NCBI GenBank assembly: GCA_965233585.1 | Contig: CBDDTI010000746.1 | Location: 544,001 to 608,000, forward strand | Direction: 5' to 3' | Length of the DNA: 64,000 nt | DNA from: a bacterium | Lineage (GTDB): Bacteria > SAR324 > NAC60-12 | In this document: positions 29,113 through 37,720 of the stretch, in pieces | How the letters are laid out: every line of letters begins with the position of its first letter | Numbering within the stretch: position 1 is the first letter of the stretch | Program-made: the position numbers and the translations under genes | The notes under the pieces: generated by a model | Told to the model about the DNA's origin: nothing | Databases searched by the model: none | The model's input: the letters and a program-made list of their open reading frames with translations, nothing else

Positions 29113-29438
29113 TTGACTCTCAAAAATCGTACTTTGTTTAAGTCTTTGTGTTTCTGATTGACGCCCCTTTCATGTTTTTATCAGTATTTTTTACAAATTT
29201 TAAAATATTTGTTAAAGAAACTTTAAAAAGTAATCTTTTAAAGCTATAATTGGCAAAATTTACTTTTGATGTATCCCAGCCCTTTGCTAAATTTGGCTGC
29301 CATACATCTAAAGAAAAATCTCGTTGGTGCAGAGATGAGACAAATTGCTCAGACTTGAATCAGGGATTTTGAAAATCTCATCAATCTATCACAACTCATC
29401 GCATAGAATTTTTTGAAAAATATTTTGGAATTTGGGTT

Positions 29439-30335
29439 ATGGAAAAACAGACAGATAGGCTTTTTGCTCAAAATTTTCATGATTTAGACCAAGCCACTTG
29501 GCTAACCACTGAGAATGGGGAAGAGCTTGCCGAATACAAAGGGAGTTCGTTCAATGGTGTGCCAGAAGGCACTGGCGTCATCACGTTCCCTGATGACACC
29601 ATTTATACAGGAGAATTTCACAAGGGCAATTACCACGGCTACGGACGCTTGCTTGATGCAGGTGGAAGTCATTATGAAGGATTTTGGGAAGCAGGCAAGA
29701 AACATGGTCGAGGCATCCTCTCTTATCCTGATGGTGAAATCTTTACAGGTGTTTTTCAAGACGATGAACCCCAGAAAGGTCATGGCACACTCATGTTATC
29801 TGATGGCACTAAATATATTGGGGAAATCAATCACGGAAATTTTTCGGGTGCAGGAATTTATACTCTGCCTTATGGGGGACAATATATTGGAGAATTTAGA
29901 GACGGACTCTATCATGGACAAGGCTATTTTAAAGACGCAGACGGTACTAGATATATTGGAGAATTTAAAAAGGGAAAAAGGGACGGGCAAGGAATTTTTA
30001 CCTCATCTGGTGGACACACGTACATTGGGGGATTTAAATCTGGAAAATACCACGGACAAGGGACTTATCAATTACCTGATGAAAAATATGTCGGAGAATT
30101 TAAAAATGGAATGCCTAACAATCAAGGTAGGTTGTCTTTTAGTGACGGGGGAGAATACCTAGGTCAATTCAAAAATGGAAGTTACCATGGTGAAGGAACG
30201 CTCTGCTTCCCAGATGGTGGAAAATATGTTGGGCGATTCAAAAACAACGAATACTGGCAAGGCATTCTTTATGATGAACATGGCAACATTGAATCTTCCT
30301 ACGATGGAGGTCAAGAACAAATCAAAGCTGACTAA
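29439..30335 (+). CDS. MORN-repeat protein
   Basis: About ten 23-aa Y.GEF..G..HGQG repeats. Confidence 0.93.
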   Translation: MEKQTDRLFAQNFHDLDQATWLTTENGEELAEYKGSSFNGVPEGTGVITFPDDTIYTGEFHKGNYHGYGRLLDAGGSHYEGFWEAGKKHGRGILSYPDGEIFTGVFQDDEPQKGHGTLMLSDGTKYIGEINHGNFSGAGIYTLPYGGQYIGEFRDGLYHGQGYFKDADGTRYIGEFKKGKRDGQGIFTSSGGHTYIGGFKSGKYHGQGTYQLPDEKYVGEFKNGMPNNQGRLSFSDGGEYLGQFKNGSYHGEGTLCFPDGGKYVGRFKNNEYWQGILYDEHGNIESSYDGGQEQIKAD

Positions 30336-30883
30336 CTCCAGACTTTTTTGATTTCAGGAAAAAGTAACCATAACTTACTATCTAAAACATCGCCTTTTTC
30401 AACGCAATCCTTCACCCACTTGCCGATGTTCTTTCGGGCATGCACAAAAACCTCAATTCTTTCTTCAGGTTCTAAATTGGGTTGAGGATTTTGATTGTCT
30501 GCCAAACTCTCATCAATCCTCACCTCCACAAGATGAAAAGACTCTGTCAAACAACCCGGTGAACTGAGCAGCGGGGGACTGACACTTGACACCTCTCCAA
30601 CATAGCCTGTCTCTTCCTTCAATTCACGCAATGCCGTTTCTGCTGGGGATTCTCCTTCATCCATCAAACCTGCTGGACATTCCAACACATAAGCATTGAC
30701 AGGATAGCGATATTGCCGCAAGACCACATAATTTTGAGAATGCTGAAAACGTGCAAACACGACGCAAGCCTTGTTTTGCTTGACCCTACTCACAGACTCC
30801 CATGTTTTAGTCACGCCTTGTCTATCAGTATAGGTTTGCTCTGTGACGCAAATCCAATTCCCTTGAAACACTGTTTTTTTCAT
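30332..30883 (-). CDS. NUDIX hydrolase (ADP-ribose pyrophosphatase-like)
   Basis: RQYRYPV, PAGLMDEGESPAETALRELKEETGY Nudix box. Confidence 0.92.
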   Translation of the reverse strand: MKKTVFQGNWICVTEQTYTDRQGVTKTWESVSRVKQNKACVVFARFQHSQNYVVLRQYRYPVNAYVLECPAGLMDEGESPAETALRELKEETGYVGEVSSVSPPLLSSPGCLTESFHLVEVRIDESLADNQNPQPNLEPEERIEVFVHARKNIGKWVKDCVEKGDVLDSKLWLLFPEIKKVWS

Positions 30884-30895
30884 CAAAATTCTGAT

Positions 30896-31891
30896 TTAAA
30901 AGGTTCTGTCAACGATAAAATGAGCCGCTTGGAGTAGAAACGTTTTTGCATCAGATGGAGGCAAGTTTTCAATAGACTCAGTGGCTTGTTCCACATACTT
31001 TTTAGCAGTTTCAAGACCTTGCTCAATCACTTGATGACGTTTGAGCATTTCAACCACCAACAACACTTCTTGATGACCAATTTTCTCCAATTCCAGAATA
31101 GAGTGAAGCTGACGGCGTTCTGAATCGCTGACACACTTCATCAGGTCAATGAGTGGCAAGGTGGCTTTACGTTCCTTCAGGTCATTGCCAAGAGTTTTGC
31201 CTGTTTGGTCTGTGTAATCCAAAAGGTCATCAACCATTTGAAAGGCAACCCCCACATTCAAACCATAATCATAGAACTGTTGACTCCATCTTTGAGATGT
31301 GTCTGAAAAGAGACTGCCAAAACAAGCACTGACCCCAAACAGCTTAGCGGTCTTGTTGCAAATGACATGATAGTAATGTTCAAAATCAAGTACAGAATAG
31401 GGTTGCACTAGCTGTGAAAGTTCTCCTTTGACCATGCCAAGAGTCGTTTCTGTCACAAGTTCCACCGCACGTAAATTTTTGAGTTGAACAAGCATCAATA
31501 AGGCTTCTGAAAATAAGTAATTGCCTGTCACGACGCTGGTTTGATTATTCCAGACACAACGTACCGTTTCTTGCCCACGACGCAGTTGTGCACAGTCAAT
31601 CACATCATCATGTAAAAGTGTAGCATTGTGTAAGTATTCAATGACGCGTGCGGCTTGTAAATGTTTGGGGGTCAGGTCTCCGCATGCTTTGGCACTTAAA
31701 AAACATAATGCCGCCCGCAAATACTTGCCACCCGCTTTGAAGTGATACGAAGACACACTTTTGAGCAAAGGCTCATTAGGTTCAAGCAAAAAGGTTAAGT
31801 CGTGCTGAAGTTCCTCAAGAGGACTTTTGAGGAAGTCAAAAAGGTTGGAAAGATTGAAATGAGCCACTTTGATTTGAAATTGAAAAATCAA
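30896..31891 (-). CDS. ispB: Polyprenyl (octaprenyl) diphosphate synthase
   Basis: GGK.LR, LLHDDVID...RRG, KTA, FQMVDDLLD; start uncertain. Confidence 0.9.
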   Translation of the reverse strand: MIFQFQIKVAHFNLSNLFDFLKSPLEELQHDLTFLLEPNEPLLKSVSSYHFKAGGKYLRAALCFLSAKACGDLTPKHLQAARVIEYLHNATLLHDDVIDCAQLRRGQETVRCVWNNQTSVVTGNYLFSEALLMLVQLKNLRAVELVTETTLGMVKGELSQLVQPYSVLDFEHYYHVICNKTAKLFGVSACFGSLFSDTSQRWSQQFYDYGLNVGVAFQMVDDLLDYTDQTGKTLGNDLKERKATLPLIDLMKCVSDSERRQLHSILELEKIGHQEVLLVVEMLKRHQVIEQGLETAKKYVEQATESIENLPPSDAKTFLLQAAHFIVDRTF

Positions 31892-32058
31892 TATACCACA
31901 TTCCCGCTTGCAATCTCAATCAATAAAAACCTCCCAATAACTGTCGCAAGGAAACCTACCTTTAAAACTTCAATGATTTGAAGCATTCTTGTCTTGGAAG
32001 GCACGAAATGCTAGGATATTTGATTGACTCATTTTATTGCAATCTCCTCAAATGTCTC

Positions 32059-34002
32059 ATGTTATCCATTGCTAATCTGACAATGCAGTATGGTGATGCT
32101 CCACTGTTTGAGAATGTCAGTTTAAGCTTTTATCAGCCCAATCGCTATGGCATTGTTGGGGCAAATGGCTCTGGCAAATCCACTTTACTTCGTCTCTTAC
32201 TCCATGAAGTCCCCCCCACAGAAGGCGAAGTTTCCATTCCGCAAGATGTCTATGTTGCCGCACTGAAGCAAGACCATTTTCAATATGAAGACCAATCACC
32301 AATGGAGGTTGTCTTGCAAGGGAATCCAGAGCTTTGGAAGGCACTCAAGGAAAAAGAGAGCCTGCTGGAGAGTGAAGATGCCCAGACAAACGACACTATC
32401 GGTTATCGCCTTGGCGAGCTTGAAGAAACCATCGCACACCATGACGGATACAACGCAGAACATCAAGCAGCAGAAATTTTGCAAGGATTGGGCTTGGAAC
32501 TCAAACAGCATCATCAGCCTATGAGTCTGCTTTCTGGTGGTTTCAAACTCCGTGCATTGCTGGCACAAACACTTTTTAGAAAACCTGAAATCCTATTGTT
32601 AGACGAACCAACCAACCATCTTGACATTGTTTCTATCTATTGGCTTGAAGAGTTTTTAAAAAAGGATTTTCAAGGTGTGCTTTTAGTGGTGTCGCATGAC
32701 CGCTACTTTCTTAATTCTGTGACAACTCATATTGTTGATGTGGATTATGGCACCATGCAAATTTACACGGGTGACTACGACCAATTTGTGCAAGCGAAGG
32801 CATTGGATTCAGAACAAAGGGAGCGAGAGGCTTCTAATCAAGAGAAAAAAATTGCACACATGCAAGCATTTGTAGACCGTTTCAAAGCCAAAGCGACAAA
32901 GGCACGTCAGGCTCAGTCAAGAGTCAAACAGATTGAAAAAATGGAAGCTCCAGAAATTCGCTACTCTACAAGGGTCAGCCCTTCTTTCAATTTTCAGGCG
33001 GTGCGTCCTTCAGGCAAGGACGTTCTACAAGTCAAAGAGCTTTCTAAAAACTTTGGTGAAAAGCAGGTTTTGTGCAATGTGAGCTTTGAAGTCAGTCGGG
33101 GAGACAAAGTAGCCATCATTGGTCCAAACGGCATAGGCAAGTCCACCCTTCTTAAAATTTGCATGGAGCATTTAACAGCTTCTAAAGGCAAGGTTGAGTG
33201 GGGATATGAGGCACAAAAATCTTATTTTGCCCAAGACTTAGCTGAAGACTTTCGGCACAAAACATCAGTTTATGAGTGGCTTTATCAATTTGCTCCACAA
33301 GAGTCAGTGGGCAAGATACGTTCCTATTTAGGGCGTGTTTTATTTTCAGGCGATGATGTTCACAAGTTCACAAATTCCTTGAGTGGAGGAGAGTCAGCAA
33401 GATTAATGCTTGCCAAAATCATGCTCACACAGCCCAATGTCATTTTACTTGACGAACCAACCAATCATCTGGATATGGAAAGCCTAGAGGCACTGGAAAA
33501 CGCATTACAGCACTACGAACACACCCTCCTTTTTGTCAGCCATGACCGACGTTTTGTTGGACAAGTTGCCACCAAAATTCTGGCTCTTTCTCATCAATCT
33601 GTCAGATATTTTGACGGAACGTATGATGAATATCTGGAAAAATATGGAGAAGACTACCTTGACAAAGACCAACTTGCCAAAATCGTCAGACAAAAGAATT
33701 TACCAAGCAAACAGGCTTTAAGCTATCAGGAAAGAAAAGACTTACAACGTCAGCAAAATCAAATTCAAAAGCAGATTGAAAAGTGCGAGGAACAATCTGC
33801 CAAAGAAGAAAGCACCCTTGCCAAAATTCAACAAGAGTTTGCAAATCCTGCATTGTACGAAAACGAAAACCATCAAAAAATCCAGCATTTGACAAAGCAA
33901 AAACAACAAGTTCAGCAAAAATTAGATGCCTTCGTCGCACAGTGGGAAGAGTTGTCCGAGCAGCTAGAAAAAGTGGAAGCTAAGCTGACTGCTTGCCTCT
34001 AA
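32059..34002 (+). CDS. ABC-F family ATPase (YbiT/YheS-like)
   Basis: Two ABC domains (GANGSGKST, GPNGIGKST, LDEPTNHLD twice), inter-domain linker, C-terminal coiled coil, no TM segments. Confidence 0.95.
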   Translation: MLSIANLTMQYGDAPLFENVSLSFYQPNRYGIVGANGSGKSTLLRLLLHEVPPTEGEVSIPQDVYVAALKQDHFQYEDQSPMEVVLQGNPELWKALKEKESLLESEDAQTNDTIGYRLGELEETIAHHDGYNAEHQAAEILQGLGLELKQHHQPMSLLSGGFKLRALLAQTLFRKPEILLLDEPTNHLDIVSIYWLEEFLKKDFQGVLLVVSHDRYFLNSVTTHIVDVDYGTMQIYTGDYDQFVQAKALDSEQREREASNQEKKIAHMQAFVDRFKAKATKARQAQSRVKQIEKMEAPEIRYSTRVSPSFNFQAVRPSGKDVLQVKELSKNFGEKQVLCNVSFEVSRGDKVAIIGPNGIGKSTLLKICMEHLTASKGKVEWGYEAQKSYFAQDLAEDFRHKTSVYEWLYQFAPQESVGKIRSYLGRVLFSGDDVHKFTNSLSGGESARLMLAKIMLTQPNVILLDEPTNHLDMESLEALENALQHYEHTLLFVSHDRRFVGQVATKILALSHQSVRYFDGTYDEYLEKYGEDYLDKDQLAKIVRQKNLPSKQALSYQERKDLQRQQNQIQKQIEKCEEQSAKEESTLAKIQQEFANPALYENENHQKIQHLTKQKQQVQQKLDAFVAQWEELSEQLEKVEAKLTACL

Positions 34003-34091
34003 ATCAAAATTCCCATGAAACACCACCAATTCTAACAATGCGTTTCATCTGTTTTTTGTTCATCAATCTTGCCTGTTCAAAAGGCTATTTT

Positions 34092-35849
34092 ATGAAGTAC
34101 AGACTGGCATTTGCAAAGTTTGTCTTCACTCTGACTCTCTCCTTCCTTGCTTTATTCAGCTTTGATGCCTCAGCGTCTGATTTAAATGCAGTCTTAGACA
34201 AAACAACAGGGACTTTGGAGGATTTTTTTCAAATGGAAGTCACACTTGAAAACAAGGAACATGAAGACTCCCCAAGAGTCATTTCAAACGATGATTTTGA
34301 GGTGCAATATCAAGGGCAAAGTGTCAGCAGCCAGTGGATCAATGGCGTCTCTAGTCGTCAAACTACATTCAGATTCCTTCTTGAACCCAAACGAGTTGGC
34401 ACTTTGCAAAGCCCTGTGATTGAACTCAAAGTCGGTGGCACTTGGCAGAGGTCTCCATCTTATCAAATCACAGTAGAAAAGCCCCAAATCGTCACTGATG
34501 ACAGCCAAGAACTCCCTGCCGCCTTTGTCAAAGCAGAGTTTCTGCCCCAAGACGTTTATCTGAATCAGCAAGCCACTTACAAAGTTTTGTTTTTTGTACA
34601 ATCTGACTTGCGTGTAGATGAGCTTCAACTGCAAAGCCCCCAGATGCAAGATTTGACCTCTTATGAGCTAGAAGAAACCCCAACATACACGCAGGTTTTG
34701 CAAGGCAGACGCTACCTTGTTTATACCCATCAGGTCGCTGTCTTTCCTCATTCAACAGGAGAAAAACAACTCTTAGCAGGCAAGATTTCAGGCAAACAAC
34801 TTTTTGGCAACAACAATCTTTTTGGAAGTTTTTCATTATTTGATGCAAAACCCTTCCGCTTGTTAATCCCTGAAACCACTTTGCAAGTCAACCCACTACC
34901 CAATCAGCAAAGACCAAAGAGTTTTTACGGCTTGGTTGGGAATTATAGTCTTGATGCCTCCTTGTCTGCAGAACAGATTCAAGTTGGAGAAGTCTCTACC
35001 TTGACCATTCGTGTTCAAGGCAACGGACTGGCAGAAAGTGTCCAAGCACCAGAGATTCAAACCACTCCTGAACTTAAAATCTACCGAGACCAGCCAACCT
35101 ATCAAAATGAAACCAATCAGGAACAGCTCACTGGAACAGCAGAGTTTAAAATAGTACTGAGCCCAAGCCGAGCAGGAGATTACACCATTGCACCAGTCAG
35201 TTTGAACGTCTTTCACCCCGAAACTGGACAATATCAAACATTGACCACACCCGCACTGACTTTGCGTGCTGGTGGCGTCAATCCTGACCAAGTCTTGCAA
35301 GACCCTACAACAGATCAAGGACAGGAAGCCATTGAAAAGCCAGATTTGCCAAGACCCATCTTTCGTGGAGAACTGGCACAAGCACGTTCCAGTAATACAT
35401 GGCTCATCGTGAGTCTGTTCATACTTCCTGTCATTGGATTCGTTTTATTAGAAAGCATCAAAGCCTATTTGAGGTATTTGCAAAGCAATGCTCAAGAAAT
35501 CCGTCAACAAAAGGCTTTCCAAACCTTCCAAAAATCTTTGAAAAAACAACAAAACTTGCCCACAGATCAAGCACAAGCACAATGGACAGCCTCTTGCATC
35601 AGGCAATACATCAGCGACAAATTGATGTGTCAAGCAGAAGCCTTTAATTCCGCTGAAGTTCAAGACTTATTAGCCAAGCAAAATCTGGACACACACCTTG
35701 TCGGGCAGGTTTATCAAAATCTTCTGCATTATGAAATCGTTTGTTATGGGGGTGGAAAACTGGGGTCTCATCTCAATTTACTAGAGACGATGGCACAGTT
35801 AGACCAAGCACTCAAAGACATGTTAAAAGAAGACAAGTTAAGAAATTGA
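34092..35849 (+). CDS. BatD-family protein
   Basis: Signal peptide, SSQWING, V.PLP...P.SF.GLVG, single C-terminal TM segment. Confidence 0.85.
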   Translation: MKYRLAFAKFVFTLTLSFLALFSFDASASDLNAVLDKTTGTLEDFFQMEVTLENKEHEDSPRVISNDDFEVQYQGQSVSSQWINGVSSRQTTFRFLLEPKRVGTLQSPVIELKVGGTWQRSPSYQITVEKPQIVTDDSQELPAAFVKAEFLPQDVYLNQQATYKVLFFVQSDLRVDELQLQSPQMQDLTSYELEETPTYTQVLQGRRYLVYTHQVAVFPHSTGEKQLLAGKISGKQLFGNNNLFGSFSLFDAKPFRLLIPETTLQVNPLPNQQRPKSFYGLVGNYSLDASLSAEQIQVGEVSTLTIRVQGNGLAESVQAPEIQTTPELKIYRDQPTYQNETNQEQLTGTAEFKIVLSPSRAGDYTIAPVSLNVFHPETGQYQTLTTPALTLRAGGVNPDQVLQDPTTDQGQEAIEKPDLPRPIFRGELAQARSSNTWLIVSLFILPVIGFVLLESIKAYLRYLQSNAQEIRQQKAFQTFQKSLKKQQNLPTDQAQAQWTASCIRQYISDKLMCQAEAFNSAEVQDLLAKQNLDTHLVGQVYQNLLHYEIVCYGGGKLGSHLNLLETMAQLDQALKDMLKEDKLRN

Positions 35850-35853
35850 AGTC

Positions 35854-37251
35854 ATGCTGAAAAATCGTGCTCAGATTGTCGCCTTTGCCTTACTGATTTT
35901 GGACATGATGTTTGTCTTGGTGGCATGGGAGTTTGCTTATATCTTCCGATTCTTCCTCTTTGATTTTCCCAAAGCTGTTCACATTCCCAATCATGTTCCA
36001 TACCTCATCGGTGGTTTGACTGTCATGTTCATTGCTTGTCTGGTCTTTACATTTTCAGGTCTTTATCATGTCAAAGCCATTTTAAGCCACCAAAACTCAC
36101 ACGTTAAATTATTACAAGCCAGCCTCTTTCTGTTCCTCACCATTCCCACCGTGCCTTTTTTTTACAGAGAGTTTTCTTTTTCTCGTCTTCATGCGGTGTA
36201 CTTCATGCTGTTTCTCATCATCAGCCTCTTTGGTATGAGGCAAGTGATGCGGTGGATTCTGAAACGATGCCATCAACAAGGACTGTATCTTGGGCGGAGC
36301 TTGCTGATTGGAACGTCTCAACACTCCACAACATTTGACCAAACACTAAGACAGCATATTGGGTATGGACTGAAAATTGAGGGAGTCGTCGTGGTGTCTC
36401 AACAAGAAGTCATAGAAGGGAACATTAAAACGTTGGGAACGTTAGAAAAACTGCCAGAAATCCTTGCAACCTATCAAATAGACCGCGTGTTTATGCTCCG
36501 TTCTGCATACGAATATAAACACTTTGCAGACATAGAACATTTACTACATGAGCAATTTGTAGATGTTTGCATCATTCCAGATTTGCAACAGTGGGCAACG
36601 CTTTCCTTTGAAGTAGAGCAATTAGGTGATTTGACTTTGATGACTTTAGTGCAAAGTCCCGTGACGGGCTGGCAACGTGTCTTTAAACGAACATTTGACC
36701 TCGTCGGCGCTTTGACTGCAATCATTCTCTTTGCTCCAGTCATGGTGCTGGTGGCGATTGCTATTAAGCTCACGTCTCATGGACCAATCTTTTATCGTCA
36801 AGAACGAATGGGGCTAGATGGTCAACATTTTGGGACGCTTAAATTCCGCTCTATGCGTGTAGATGCAGAAAAGGAAACAGGAGCAATCTGGGCAAAGTCA
36901 AATGATGACAGACGCACTCCCATTGGCGCATTGTTACGCAAAACCAGCCTTGATGAACTGCCCCAACTCTTCAATGTGATTCTAGGAGAAATGAGCCTTG
37001 TCGGACCACGACCTGAACGTCCTGTATTTATTGAACAATTTAAAACACAAATTCCCAAATACATGCTGCGGCACAAAGTGAAAGCAGGCATCACAGGCTG
37101 GGCGCAGGTCAATGGGTGGAGAGGAGACACCTCTCTGGAACAACGAATCAAATGCGACCTCTACTATATCCAACACTGGTCTCTTTGGTTGGACGTCAAA
37201 ATTCTCTTTTTGACAGTCTTCACAGGATTTACCAATCCCAATGCTTATTAG
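35854..37251 (+). CDS. wcaJ: Undecaprenyl-phosphate glucose phosphotransferase (WcaJ family)
   Basis: [45 protein letters not shown]. Confidence 0.92.
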   Translation: MLKNRAQIVAFALLILDMMFVLVAWEFAYIFRFFLFDFPKAVHIPNHVPYLIGGLTVMFIACLVFTFSGLYHVKAILSHQNSHVKLLQASLFLFLTIPTVPFFYREFSFSRLHAVYFMLFLIISLFGMRQVMRWILKRCHQQGLYLGRSLLIGTSQHSTTFDQTLRQHIGYGLKIEGVVVVSQQEVIEGNIKTLGTLEKLPEILATYQIDRVFMLRSAYEYKHFADIEHLLHEQFVDVCIIPDLQQWATLSFEVEQLGDLTLMTLVQSPVTGWQRVFKRTFDLVGALTAIILFAPVMVLVAIAIKLTSHGPIFYRQERMGLDGQHFGTLKFRSMRVDAEKETGAIWAKSNDDRRTPIGALLRKTSLDELPQLFNVILGEMSLVGPRPERPVFIEQFKTQIPKYMLRHKVKAGITGWAQVNGWRGDTSLEQRIKCDLYYIQHWSLWLDVKILFLTVFTGFTNPNAY

Positions 37252-37307
37252 TATAAGCTCAGTTTAAAACTCACCTTCGTCATTGTAGTGTTTTTTCCCA
37301 TTTCCCT

Positions 37308-37692
37308 GTCATTGCGGGCTTGACACAGAATCTCAAAAACAAAAGGAGATTGCGGGTCAAGCCCGCAATGACGGAGGAAGTGAGGAAATTAGAGAAAAAT
37401 GAAGACATTCTTTGTCATTCCGTCTCTCCCTCAGTCATTCCGCACTTGATGCGGAATCTATCAGCAAACCAAGCATAGATTCCTAACGTGACTGGATTCC
37501 TGACCCTGTTTTCACAGGGGGGACGTTCTTTCGCTCCGAATGACAATAGTTGTCATTGCGGGCTTGACCCGCAATCTCAAAAACCCTCTGTCATTCCGCA
37601 CTTGATGCGGAATCTCAAAAGAAGAATGCAAACACAATGAGAAAAAACAAAAGAAGAACAAGAGTGAGATTGCGGGTCAAGCCCGCAATAAC
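37308..37692. repeat. Cluster of GTCATT-type REP palindromes (six 27-bp units plus one composite unit)
   Basis: Units at 37308, 37346 (inverted), 37434, 37552, 37590, 37666 (inverted), e.g. GTCATTGCGGGCTTGACCCGCAATCTC and GTCATTCCGCACTTGATGCGGAATCTC; composite unit 37494-37544. Confidence 0.9.
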
Positions 37693-37720
37693 AGAGGAAT
37701 GAGAGAAAATGGAAGGTTGC

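Noticed and set aside
29515..30162. 215-aa alternative-frame ORF within the MORN gene
   Set aside because: Shadow of repetitive coding sequence; no protein-like features.
37308..37692. CRISPR array
   Set aside because: Units occur in both orientations with irregular low-complexity spacers, which is typical of REP clusters.
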